Positions 1 through 11,200 of a stretch of DNA of 64,000 bases are shown here, piece after piece. The DNA is taken from assembly GCA_001600695.1 (NCBI GenBank), contig BCKQ01000005.1, positions 136,593 to 200,592 on the forward strand. Direction: 5' to 3'. How positions within the stretch are numbered: the stretch's first letter is position 1; every line of letters starts with the position of its first letter. The notes below the pieces were generated by a model. That model saw only the letters and a program-made list of their open reading frames with translations. It was not told where the DNA came from and searched no databases. The DNA is from Ascoidea asiatica JCM 7603. Lineage: Eukaryota > Fungi > Ascomycota. The translations under genes were made by a program, and so were the position numbers.

Positions 1-265
1 ACCTCGGTGTTTCAAAAAACTTTACGAGTTAAATAACCGGTTTGTCATTTCCGGTAAATGAGTGGTCGGTTTAAACATATCATTTAAAAGATATGCTCTA
101 TTTATAGAGGGTACCAGGTTTCCCATGTTAACAATTTATGGTCACTCTTAAAACCTTCGAGCCCGATTTTAAATCCTTTGTCGGATTCAAATGCGGTTAT
201 TTTCCGGGTTTTGGTTGATTTCCGCTGAGCTTTTTTAAAAGTTCATTTTTCAAAAACGTGACAAA

Positions 266-522
266 ATTACTTCCTAAATAGGGAGCCTACTATATACTGC
301 CAAAAATGCGTGGTCCAGGACCATAGTAATAAGCTAAATCATATGACATCTAAAGGTTGTCCCGTTTTTAAGGGTTTAAAAGTGTTTAAAAAAATAATTT
401 GGATTATTTTGATGTTTTTGCTCCTGTATTAGACACAACTTTTACTATGTAAAAAAAAGGATTTTGAGGTGGTATTTAGCGTTTCTGGCAGTATATAGCG
501 GTTCATCTAAATAGGAAATAAT
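266..522. repeat. Imperfect 44-bp inverted repeat pair (arms 266-309 and 479-522)
   Basis: Left arm ATTACTTCCTAAATAGGGAGCCTACTATATACTGCCAAAAATGC vs reverse complement of right arm ATTATTTCCTATTTAGATGAACCGCTATATACTGCCAGAAACGC: 32/44 identical, 13-bp exact core CTATATACTGCCA. Confidence 0.75.
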
Positions 523-1034
523 ATCTGCAAATAGAAATGATGGGACTTCACTTAGTATTTCTCCCTTAGTTTATTATCACTCTATAACTATCACGCTTTG
601 CAATACATCGTTAGAAAATTCTGAAAAGGGCTGGTTTTGCGTTAAATTACGATTAGACAGAATCCAGAATAGAAAATACGGATGATGTGTAAGGCGGTGT
701 GCACACTTTTGCATACCTTCTGCTAACCCAAGCTTTTGTCATAGCTCTAATGCAAGCTATTTTCAAGAGTTACATTTTCTTGAGCTTTATCTTCTTGATC
801 TTTGGTTCTGTTGAAATTCTTGAGACATAATTGAATACATTAAGTTGTTTTAGTCTGAACATTATCAAGGTTAATGAAAAATGATGTCCAAATTATAAAT
901 AGAGTAATAATAAATATTATGTATTAATATATGTAAAAAAGTAAATATAAAACTCGATAATTTCAAAACTATATAAAATTAAACGAATTGCAGACAAAAA
1001 CAGACATATTTATATAGTTTTGTATATAGAACAA

Positions 1035-1448
1035 TTAATCTTCCTCATCAACTGAAATGTCAATTACTCTTAATTTTCTCTTTTTATTTTTAGTACCTCT
1101 GTAGTAACGGCGTAAATATTCAGAGCTATAATTAACATTATAACTCTCCAACAGCCAAGCCCAATTTTTAAAGGATAAACCAATCGGATTATTCCTTAAT
1201 AAATTGGTACTCAATTTCACTTTTGTTGAGTCATCTTTTTGATAAAAATATGGTTCTTCACAACATTTTAAAAGGAAATTATCTAATTTGTTTTTCATTT
1301 GAACTGGTAAATTATCTTTACTTTTTACCCAACGTTTTGGAACTAATGCTTTTTTCATAATTGATTCTTTCGATTGGCTACCAACCAGTGAGGGATTAAA
1401 GGCAAATTCAACATCTGTTGCTTGAAAATAAGTAGGTGGAGGATCCAT
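1035..1448 (-). CDS. Orphan 137-aa basic protein with possible helix-turn-helix and NLS
   Basis: First ATG (MDPPPTYF) at 1448; the ORF track's longer start is non-ATG and runs through a tandem repeat. C-terminal NNPIGLSFKNWAWLLESYNVNYSSEYLRRYY followed by KNKKRKLR. Confidence 0.5.
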   Translation of the reverse strand: MDPPPTYFQATDVEFAFNPSLVGSQSKESIMKKALVPKRWVKSKDNLPVQMKNKLDNFLLKCCEEPYFYQKDDSTKVKLSTNLLRNNPIGLSFKNWAWLLESYNVNYSSEYLRRYYRGTKNKKRKLRVIDISVDEED

Positions 1449-1530
1449 TTTTAATTGAAGTAATTTTAGTAATATTAGTGACTGAAGGAAAAGAAAATAA
1501 AATAAGAAAAAGGTTAACTCAAATATTTTT

Positions 1531-1580
1531 GACAACGAGTGACAACGAGCAACAACAACTGACAACAACTGACAACACAT
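1531..1580. repeat. Degenerate 10-bp tandem repeat, 5 units
   Basis: GACAACGAGT GACAACGAGC AACAACAACT GACAACAACT GACAACACAT. Confidence 0.8.
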
Positions 1581-1615
1581 ACATTGAACATCCAACATTC
1601 GATATAAAAAAATAA

Positions 1616-1623
1616 GTCACGTG
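1616..1623. promoter_or_regulatory. E-box/Cbf1-type site GTCACGTG
   Basis: Exact motif in the divergent intergenic region between the orphan ORF and the bHLH gene. Confidence 0.5.
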
Positions 1624-1879
1624 TCATAGTTGAAATATATTTGAATTAAACTTAAAAGAAATAAAAATAAAGAACAAATAATTGCTTGTAAAAGCACAAA
1701 AAAAGAAAACGTAAAATAAATGAAAACAATTTTAACACCCTCCTCCAAAAGACCTTATACGTTACTATTGGAAACCTTTCTTTTATTCAATGATTCCCTT
1801 GAATACTTTTTAACGTTCTCGTCCACAATTTTTGGCTTTAGGTAAATTGATTATTTCACTTTTAGCTTTTCACTTCCAT

Positions 1880-1881
1880 TT

Positions 1882-1914
<33 letters not shown>

Positions 1915-1946
1915 CTATCATTATCATTATCATTATCTTTATCATT
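1880..1946. repeat. Compound microsatellite (TTTCAC)n(ATCATT)n
   Basis: Visible hexamer runs. Confidence 0.85.
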
Positions 1947-2325
1947 TTTCAATTCTTAATTTTTAATCTCTTTTACATCAATTTTATTTCTAGATTGCTT
2001 TCAGTGATTTTATTTGAATTATATTTGAGTTTATAATTTTTACTCTTTCATTCATTATAGACTCTGTAAACTTTAAGGTACTCAATAAGTTACTCAAAAT
2101 ATTTGAGTATTAGATAATGATTAAATGAAAATAATTTTGTTTGTTTTTTAGTATTTTGTTGTAAAGAGAATAAATCTGATTTTTTTTATCTATTCGAATT
2201 TTGTTATTAGTGCTTTTATATCGAAACATTACTTTCAAAATAAAATTTGTTTGCAAAAAGATCATATAGTAAATAAATTAAAAGGAAATAACAAAAGAAA
2301 ATAATATCAATAAAAAAATTCAACA

Positions 2326-3606
2326 ATGCATCCGAATTCAAATAAACAAAATAAGAACAACCAAAACCCTGTTCTTCCTTCCATATCAAACCTTGGTAAT
2401 TTTCCAAATCATTTAACTCGAAAATTACCTCATGTAAATGAATTAAAGGGTGTTATTTCAAATTCAAATTCAAATTCAAACCAGCCTATTAAACCTTCCT
2501 CGAATTCAATTCCCACTTATCCTTCATTCAATACTTCCTCTACAAATTTATTAAACCAATCTCAAAACTCTGTTTCAAATAATGCTTTTGATAATTTCAA
2601 TAGTCTTAAAAATAATAAAAATATAAAAAATTTTAAAGATGTAGATAATATGGATAACATAAGCAGTAATTCAAATCTTGAAATCAGCTCAAATTCTCAG
2701 CTTTATTTGCGAAATATTATGGCAAATTCATCTTCGAATATTTCTTCTGGATCTTCTTCACATTTAGCTTTAACAAATTTATCAACTCCTTCACTTCCAA
2801 CTTCGATCTCAAATTCAAATTCTAGAAAATTAACTACCGATAAAACTCCTCTTAGAAAACATTTACATATAAGGTCTGAACAAAGAAGGCGAGAACGAAT
2901 AACTGATGGGTTTTCTCACCTTAGGGCCACTGTACCAACAATCCAATCTGGATATGATTCAAAAGCAATAGTGCTAAAAAAAGCTGCAGAGTATATTGAA
3001 ATTTTACAATACGAAAATTCTTCTTTAAAAAATCAGTTACTGGCTTATAATGGGAAAGGCCCATTTCCTCTCCCTTCAAGTCCTCAATACAACATGTCTC
3101 ATCCTATATCACATCAACCTCAACCTCATCATCAGATACAGCAAATACAGCAAGTACAGCAAGTTCAGCAGGGTCAAAAACAATTTCAGTCACAACATAA
3201 TTTACAAACACCATCACAATCACAACTGCTGCCCCAACCTCCCTCTTTGCAATACAATCAAGTTCCTTTCCCTCAATATTTTTCACAACAACACCCTCCT
3301 CAACCATTAAATATTAGTAACTATGATAACATTCATGATCATAATTTTGATAATGATGGGCAATCTTTCTATGAGCAGCCTTTGCCATTAAAACTACAAA
3401 AGCAATCCCAATACCTTTCTAGTCATCATAATTCTTCAAGTTTGACAGATTTTAACTTGGATAACAATACCAGAACTAAAAGATTACCTCCTTTAGCTCC
3501 TTCTCAGTTTGGCGGTTCTTCTAATCGCTTGCCTCCAGCCAGTTTTTTTTCTACTTCTAATACCTCTCAATACTCCATTGCAGATCCATCCATAAAAAGG
3601 AAATAA
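2326..3606 (+). CDS. bHLH transcription factor (Ino4/Max-like)
   Basis: RKHLHIRSEQRRRERITDGFSHLRATVP...SKAIVLKKAAEYIEILQYENSSLK is a bHLH with a short zipper; Q/P- and N/S-rich flanks. Confidence 0.88.
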   Translation: MHPNSNKQNKNNQNPVLPSISNLGNFPNHLTRKLPHVNELKGVISNSNSNSNQPIKPSSNSIPTYPSFNTSSTNLLNQSQNSVSNNAFDNFNSLKNNKNIKNFKDVDNMDNISSNSNLEISSNSQLYLRNIMANSSSNISSGSSSHLALTNLSTPSLPTSISNSNSRKLTTDKTPLRKHLHIRSEQRRRERITDGFSHLRATVPTIQSGYDSKAIVLKKAAEYIEILQYENSSLKNQLLAYNGKGPFPLPSSPQYNMSHPISHQPQPHHQIQQIQQVQQVQQGQKQFQSQHNLQTPSQSQLLPQPPSLQYNQVPFPQYFSQQHPPQPLNISNYDNIHDHNFDNDGQSFYEQPLPLKLQKQSQYLSSHHNSSSLTDFNLDNNTRTKRLPPLAPSQFGGSSNRLPPASFFSTSNTSQYSIADPSIKRK

Positions 3607-3930
3607 CCAAAATAAAAAAAGATTGAAATTTTTAATTCAAATTTAACTTTAGCTTTTTTTTGTTCCAATCACAAACCTTTCGGTCTATTTAGAATCTTTG
3701 CTCCTTAATTTTAAAATTTTTTTATTAACGTTTACATGCTTATAATTATAAATGATAAACACTCAAGGTTTTAAAATAGTATATATATTTATGGTTTTGT
3801 ATAACATTTAGTTTTTCTCCTTTTTCTTTTTGTAGCATATCTGAACTTTCTCAATTTTATTTTTTTCTACTTTTTTATATGTAGTTGTTTTCCTGGTTTA
3901 TAATGAAATTACAATGATTTATTTTCTTAG

Positions 3931-6861
3931 TTAGTCTACATTAACATATATGCTTTTTGACACGCTAAATGATCGAATTGACCCTCTAACAATGAGATCA
4001 AAAGGAAATTTTATAATTTCTTTCCAATCCTTTTGTCCTGGGTCCAATGAAAGAGGATCACTTCTAGTAGAATTTTTTCCCGGATTTTTTAATTTTATTT
4101 CTGCAATTGAATTTAATGGCTGTTTATTTTTATTAAACATTCCACCATCAAACATTAAAGGAGGATTTAATTTTTCAACGGTTCCTAACAACAATGTTAA
4201 TATAGGACCTTCACTCTTTGGAAAATCATCAATATAACCATTACCTCCTAAAAAAAGATAGTTATTTTCGTTATAATGAGAAGATTTTACAAAAATATCC
4301 AAATCAATATCTTCTATAGAAACGGAAAAAAATCCAGGATTAAAGGCTTCAACATTCATATCAAAAACCAATTCATCAAAGGAGACAAGTATATTACCTA
4401 TTTTTTCAATTTTAACATCTGTCAAATCTTTAGTAGAAGCCAAAAGAAATCCTCCTGCAAACCCAACCATTAAAACAATAAGCATTAGAACAATAACCCA
4501 AAAAATTGACTTAAGATGCTGTAATTTAGATCGTCCATAATTACTGCAAAGTTCAGAATATTCTTCAAGATCATTATTTTCCTCGTCATTGTAAAAATCA
4601 TGCGGAGAATATCGTTTTGCATAACGACTTGAATTCCGAGAAATATTATTATTTTGTTTTATTTTTCCCTTTTGATTAATCCCTTTATATTTAGAATTAT
4701 ATATACCATTCGAGAGATAGTTTTTATTGCTATCATAATTAACACTTAAAGGCGTATATTCATTTATTAGAGGTTCTGTTGTTACAGGATATTGAAAAAT
4801 ATCATCTGCATCCAGATCGTCGACTATTCCAGAATATCGTCTTAACTCAAAATTTCTGTGATCAAAATTTTGATTAGACTTTTGTTTAGCTTCTTTTATA
4901 CTCTGTTGTCGAATTTTATGCTGAATATTATCAGGGTATATTTTCCTTCCATGGGTGTTATATGGATTATGTGAATATCTATTATTGTAGGCAGCTACAC
5001 TGAAATTCGAGTTAGAATGATATCTTTTTAATTGGGGATTTCCTGTTTGACCAGAAGCCGAGCTAGTGTGCTGCATATTCAAGCGAGGTGGATCTTCTAA
5101 ACCATAATTTAAATAGTTTTGATTAAGGTGAGGTCCAAAAGATGGGTTTAAAATTTTTTGGGCCCTTTGATTATTAAATACATTATTATTATGATTATTG
5201 TGACATCCAAGATTAATATGATTACTATGAATTTGATTATTTTCTGATCTATTATATTTTACAAAACGCTGATAGTCATAATCATCAGTTGTGTAATCAT
5301 CATCTAAATCAGAATACGTTTTTTGGGCAGAACTTATATCATAATCACTATGGGAATGAGCATTTCCATCTAAATTTTGGTCGCTAATTTTAATATTTGA
5401 ATTCGGTCTATTGATTTCCTTTGAAGACTGTAAAACAACAGGGGTTTGATTAGAAGGCAAAATAGAACTAGTGGGATTTCGTTGCTGTGGAATTCTGGAT
5501 TTTGTTATTGTATTGTTAATTATTGTTCTGTCGGCCAGAACATTTTTTTTACTTTGATTGGAATTGGAATTTTGATCAAAATTAGTAGGTAAATTTAATT
5601 TTGAATTTGAGTCAGAATTCTGTGAATGATTTACAGCTATAGGATTATAATCAAGAGAATTATTGGACAAAGCAGAACTCGCTTCATTTGTTTGGCCTGT
5701 ACTTTCATAAACAAAGGTCTCATCACTATCTGAATTATCTTCTTCGCCTATTGCACTCTCTAATCTAGCCGCAAAAACTTCTGTTCTAGAAGAGCCTGTG
5801 GCTTTTAAACTTTTTTTGGATTTTTGTCTTTTTAAATTTTCGTTTTTCAATTTTGTTAGCTTTTTAGAACCCATATTGGAATTAGAGTTTGAATTTTTTG
5901 ACGAATTTTGAGTGGAAACAACAGCAAAATCATTATCTCGACTTCCTTTGGAACTATTGAGGGAATGAATGTTAGTATTATAATCAACATTATCTTGATT
6001 TAAAGAAAGAGAATCATTTAACGCTTCTTCTTCTATTACCAATCCATTTGAATGAATATTATTTGACGTGGCGTTAAGTTTTAGGTTTGCCGAATCATTT
6101 AGAAAACTTCTCTTGGATTTAAGGGAAATGTGAGATTGTGGTGGAGGAAGTTGATTATTCAGAACAGATTGCAAGTCTGCGATCGAAGTTGTTTTATGAA
6201 AAGAAGGTTGTAGACTATTTTGTGTATTATTTGGGGTAAATGCAGTTTTAGAAAGAGAATTAATGTCACTGGAAGTTTGATCTTGATAAATAGTGTCATT
6301 AAGACTCTTTGGATAAATATTAGACTTTAAATTTAAGTGAATAGGTGTTTGGGCATTTTGAGTAGTTTGAATATTTTCAATTGTATTTATAGAAGATGAG
6401 TGTTTATGAGGAGTATTATGTAGAATATTATTGTGACTGTGATTATGTATATGGGCATGATTATGATTATTCACAATTAATTTAGGAATGTCATTAACGT
6501 CAACGGTTTCAGTCTCAACTATCATTTTATTGCTAGATGATGCAATTGTTCCATTGTTTAACTGGTTATTATTGTTTGTGTTGTTTGTAGCACCGGTCTG
6601 ATTTCTTTTAAAGACATTGGTATCATTTATAGTATCTATGTTATGTATATTATCTAAGGTTTTAACACTTATAGGAATAATTTTGTTTTTGCTATCATCA
6701 CCTATTTTAATTCCCTTAATATTTTTTTTTTTTTTTTCGTTTTTTATGACTGTATTTCGATACTCGTTTGTTTCTTTGGATATAGTCGAAACAATATTTG
6801 GTAAACCTATTTCTGGATCGATGAGGTGATCATCTGAGTCGACAGGAAGAACATTAACCAT
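3931..6861 (-). CDS. VAC7: Vacuolar segregation protein Vac7 (Fab1 activator)
   Basis: FAARLESAIGEEDNSDSDETFVYES motif, single TM segment, then luminal domain (ELVFDMNVEAFNPGFFSV, FPFDLIVRG). First ATG at 6861. Confidence 0.9.
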   Translation of the reverse strand: MVNVLPVDSDDHLIDPEIGLPNIVSTISKETNEYRNTVIKNEKKKKNIKGIKIGDDSKNKIIPISVKTLDNIHNIDTINDTNVFKRNQTGATNNTNNNNQLNNGTIASSSNKMIVETETVDVNDIPKLIVNNHNHAHIHNHSHNNILHNTPHKHSSSINTIENIQTTQNAQTPIHLNLKSNIYPKSLNDTIYQDQTSSDINSLSKTAFTPNNTQNSLQPSFHKTTSIADLQSVLNNQLPPPQSHISLKSKRSFLNDSANLKLNATSNNIHSNGLVIEEEALNDSLSLNQDNVDYNTNIHSLNSSKGSRDNDFAVVSTQNSSKNSNSNSNMGSKKLTKLKNENLKRQKSKKSLKATGSSRTEVFAARLESAIGEEDNSDSDETFVYESTGQTNEASSALSNNSLDYNPIAVNHSQNSDSNSKLNLPTNFDQNSNSNQSKKNVLADRTIINNTITKSRIPQQRNPTSSILPSNQTPVVLQSSKEINRPNSNIKISDQNLDGNAHSHSDYDISSAQKTYSDLDDDYTTDDYDYQRFVKYNRSENNQIHSNHINLGCHNNHNNNVFNNQRAQKILNPSFGPHLNQNYLNYGLEDPPRLNMQHTSSASGQTGNPQLKRYHSNSNFSVAAYNNRYSHNPYNTHGRKIYPDNIQHKIRQQSIKEAKQKSNQNFDHRNFELRRYSGIVDDLDADDIFQYPVTTEPLINEYTPLSVNYDSNKNYLSNGIYNSKYKGINQKGKIKQNNNISRNSSRYAKRYSPHDFYNDEENNDLEEYSELCSNYGRSKLQHLKSIFWVIVLMLIVLMVGFAGGFLLASTKDLTDVKIEKIGNILVSFDELVFDMNVEAFNPGFFSVSIEDIDLDIFVKSSHYNENNYLFLGGNGYIDDFPKSEGPILTLLLGTVEKLNPPLMFDGGMFNKNKQPLNSIAEIKLKNPGKNSTRSDPLSLDPGQKDWKEIIKFPFDLIVRGSIRSFSVSKSIYVNVD

Positions 6862-8232
6862 TTTTAATTTTTGAGAAGAAATAATTTTCCCTTCCTTCTT
6901 TAATTTTAAATTACGCAAAGATATTTTGTCTTAAATATATTTTTAAAGGCGAGTATGGAGGAGTCAAATTTTGTTATTTTCTTTTAGGTATAAATGATAT
7001 TTATTATATATTATTCATTATATTTTCATACAACTGTATTGATAAATCTTTGAACCTTAAGTGATGTAGAAGATAGCTTCTTGAATTTCAAATACTTTAT
7101 CTTAGTGTTCTTGGTTTGTTTGATATTTTTAGTACTCTTGTTGTTTCGCTATCCTTCTAATTAATTCTAGTTTAATGTAGTGATCGTAAATGTTTTCTCC
7201 TTTGAGGTATGATATTACAAACAAAGTTTTTATATTGCTAATACATAGTGCGCTATTAGCCATTCTTCTCCACGGTGCTAAAGTAGTGTTTGATGATATC
7301 TGCAATTTGGTAGGGCTGTAACCTAATAACTAAGATAGTTAAGCAGTCTCTACAATAAAAACATCAAATTTAATTATCGATTGAGAATCTAATGCCTCTA
7401 AGATAAATTATTGGAAATATTTTTTGACAAAATGAGTTCGAAGTATTATAGAGGGTTAAAGAATAGAATAAGAATTATGATTATAAGTAATATTTAACCC
7501 TTTGACATTTTACAGTTAATCTTTCTTTGACTAATCAATATAAGTATCAAAAATATTACATCAAATTATAGATTACAAGTTGAACTTTGTGTTACAGGAT
7601 TTTCTTTAAAGAGAAAAACAGAATCCTTAAGGTTCCAATATTTTGATACGGGAAATCAGTTATAAAGATAGATTTTGATATTTCTCTGAATTCAGAATAG
7701 CTTTAAAAAAAAGAATCGAGAACTGTAAGACAAATTCTTTAAAATTTAGTATTATTAAAAGTTACTTAATTTTTTTTCTATGATCTCATATTCTTGTATC
7801 TTCCATATTATACTGGGTATTTTCTCTGTAATATGTTTTCTTTGTTCCTTGTATTATTATCAATCAATCAGCTTCTACACGAGCATTTACTATGAAGTTT
7901 TTTAAAGTGAAGGCAGAAACAGGAAAAAAAATTAAAATGAAATAATCTTCAAAGTCATTCAGAGTAGTTTAGTTTTTAATCAATCAATATTTTTCAATAG
8001 GCTAATATATGTCTAATCTGGAAAAGAATTAAATATTATATTTTTTCATAACATCTAATTGTCCAATAACATATGAAATATATAACTACAGAATCCCCTA
8101 GAAGGATTACCTGAAGTTCAAAACTTTTAAAAAATATTTATTTTTTTAATTATACCAAAAGAATTACTTGCTTTGATGAAAAATTTCAGTACAATACTAT
8201 ACTGTATAATACAAAGAGCATTGCGTTCATTA

Positions 8233-11200
8233 TTATACAAAATTAAAATCTCCAGTTAATTGAGCATTCCTATTTAAGTTTAGTATACTCTGCATAGAAT
8301 CTATCTTGTTATCAATTTCTTTTAAAATTATATTTCTGTTCCATTCATTTTTCCCCTTTAATGCGATTCCGACTAAGATCGAATTAATCATTTCTAGATT
8401 TTCAATTGTACAATTTTCTGTTGCATAAATTAACTTTGAATAAACAGTATCTAATAAATCTACATCATATACAACATCCTTATTTTCAAGAATTTTGAAT
8501 TGATTTACTAGTATTTTGTATTTTTCTTCATTTTTATCTAATATAGGGTGTTCGATGATTTTACCTTCCATACTATGATTGTCATCTGTTATAGGATTCC
8601 CATATGTAGGATCTGTTTGCAAGTTTAAAAAATGCTCTATATTCATACGTTTTTTAGTTTCATTTAATTCATTTGTGATTGGTTCGACATTCTCCAAAGT
8701 CTGTACTTTCAACAATTCCTTTGCATTTATATGAGCGTTTGTCGTTCCTGATTTTGATATTGAAAGATTATCTACTATTCCATTTTCAATGATCTTAGCC
8801 GCTTTTTTTTTATGGTGTAGTCTTTCGCTACTACTAGTGAGATCTATTACTTCCTCTACCTTCTTATCTGTTTTTTCCGAAAGAAACTGGGCCTGGAGAC
8901 TCATTTCCCTGCTCCTTAAGCTTTTAAACAATTTTAGCTGCTCATCGGTGAAATACTCATCCACGGTGAAGGATAGATTGGTATAAAGCTCATTAGCTTT
9001 TAAGAGACGATCTCTATCTTGGAGTACTTGAGAGTCCATTAATATTTTCTTAAAATCCTTTACAAACTGCTTAGGCTCTGAATAAAATCCGTTCCAGATT
9101 CTCTCTTCAATTGTATCAAGTTCCATATTGAAATATTTTTTATTGCTATATCTATCAAGAATCATATTTCCTTCTTTAATATACTGGTAATCAATGTCTA
9201 AAGGTGGCACTTGATCTTCCACAATAAACAAATGAGCTAGATTGGACATTTCAATAGCAGGCTTTTTGAATCTCTTATATGTATTCTTATAACTATTAAA
9301 AATTTGACCCAATTTGATTTTTAAAAGATTCTTAAGTTTGAGGTCATTCCTAATCTGATTTTTTCGGAGTTCTTTTTCTACTTTCACTTGATGATTTGAC
9401 ATCATATTTTCCTTTGGGCTGATTATAGGAACAACCGGTATGCGTTTTATTTCTAGTTTCAATTTTTTGATCTTAATTGCTAGTTCATGATCTTGAAAAT
9501 CAATTGGTTTCATTTTTATAACTTTCCACAAAGTACCGAAAAACTTCTCTCTTTTCTCTTTATTTGGATACTCTAAAACCACACGATTGTCATCCATAAA
9601 CCCAAACATTTGTATTAATTTCTGGCTATTCAGGATTTGTTTATTATAAATATTTTCTTCTAATAAACCAACTAGTAAAACTCTCTCAGAAGACCTCAAG
9701 GATCTCAATAAGCTTATAAGAGTGGCTCTTACTGAATCACTGATGTTTTGAAGCCAGATATCTACATTGGGAATATACAAAACTGAAGGCTGATTTCTCC
9801 TAGCTTCCATAAATTTATGAACTACCATAGATTCGGGAGTCATACTAGAATCCGAAAACAATGAAGCCAGGTCTAAAGACTGTACCTGAAAGCCTTCAAG
9901 ATAGTCAAGAATAGCAGAACCCAAATATTTTTGTGCCATTCCAGCCTCACCTATAACTAGTAGTTTTGGTTGAAAGACTCTAGTTTGTTCAATTTCATTG
10001 AAAATATTCTTATTCTTCAAATTAGGTTTGATTCTATTAGTAATCTCGGAATCAAGCTGCTCATTAGACATAGTGTTCATAAATTCATCCAAGTCATTGG
10101 CTCTATTTTTTTTTCTATCAAATGGAACAATCAAATCTAATTTTGATTTGATTTCACTGAACTTGTTTTCAACTAAAAAAGCGATATTTTCGGGTAAGGG
10201 AGCAGAATTGGTAACACTTGATCGCGAACTAGATGGAATGATCTTTTTCAACGAGCTTTCAAAATCATTTTTAGTAACATGCAATTCATTGATATCAATT
10301 GCCAACTTTTGATCAGAGCTATAAATTTGAGGGAATATTCTTTTAATACTATTTAAAGCAGCTTCTGTGCATAAACTTTTTAAATCTGCACCACCATACC
10401 CTTTTGTTAATCTAGCTAGATGTGTTAAAAAACTAGGTTCTAAAGGAGGAACCCACTTTCGGGTGTGAATTTGTAAAATTTTTTCTCTAGAGTTAAAATT
10501 GGGTAACGGAAAATAAAACTCTCGGTCAAATCTTCCTGGTCTTCTCAATGCTGGATCAACTGCATCTGGTCTATTGGTTGCACCTATGATAATTACTTGA
10601 CCTCGGCTATCCATTCCATCCATTAAAGCCAATAAAGTACTAACAATGCTCGAATGTATTTGTTCTTGCTTAGAAGATCTTACTGGTGCAAGCCCATCGA
10701 TTTCATCAAAAAAAATAATGCTAGGTTGCTGTTTCTTAGCCTCCTCAAAAAGTAATCTTAATTGTCTCTCAGCTTCTCCTACCCATTTTGAAAGACAATC
10801 AGCACCTTTCCTCATAAAAAAAGTAATTTTTCTCTCTGGAGTCGAACACGATGCGGCCAAAGCCCTAGCCATTAATGTTTTACCTGTTCCTGGTGGACCA
10901 TGAAACAATACCCCTCTAGGAGGCGTAATAGAAAATTTTGTATAGACTTCTGGATAAAGTAAAGGTAAAGCAACCATTTCCTTAAGCTGATTTATATAAT
11001 TGTCTAATCCTCCAACAAATGAGAAATCAATATCCATACCCACGCTTAGAGGATCAGAATCAGCAAGAGTGTTTTTACTTTTTTTTTTAGGATTTAACTC
11101 AAACTGACCTAGATTCGCAGGCTGATTAGCTGCAATATTAATATTATTGGACTTTGCATTCACTGAGAATGCTTCATTGATGACATCTTTAGACACATTC

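Noticed and set aside
689-744. Possible mini-intron GTAAGG...TGCTAAC...TAG
   Set aside because: No plausible spliced ORF; a stop follows almost immediately.
7237-7370. Small hairpin GCTAATA/TATTAGC plus TGATGA as a possible C/D snoRNA
   Set aside because: No suitably placed CTGA box D or recognisable rRNA guide.
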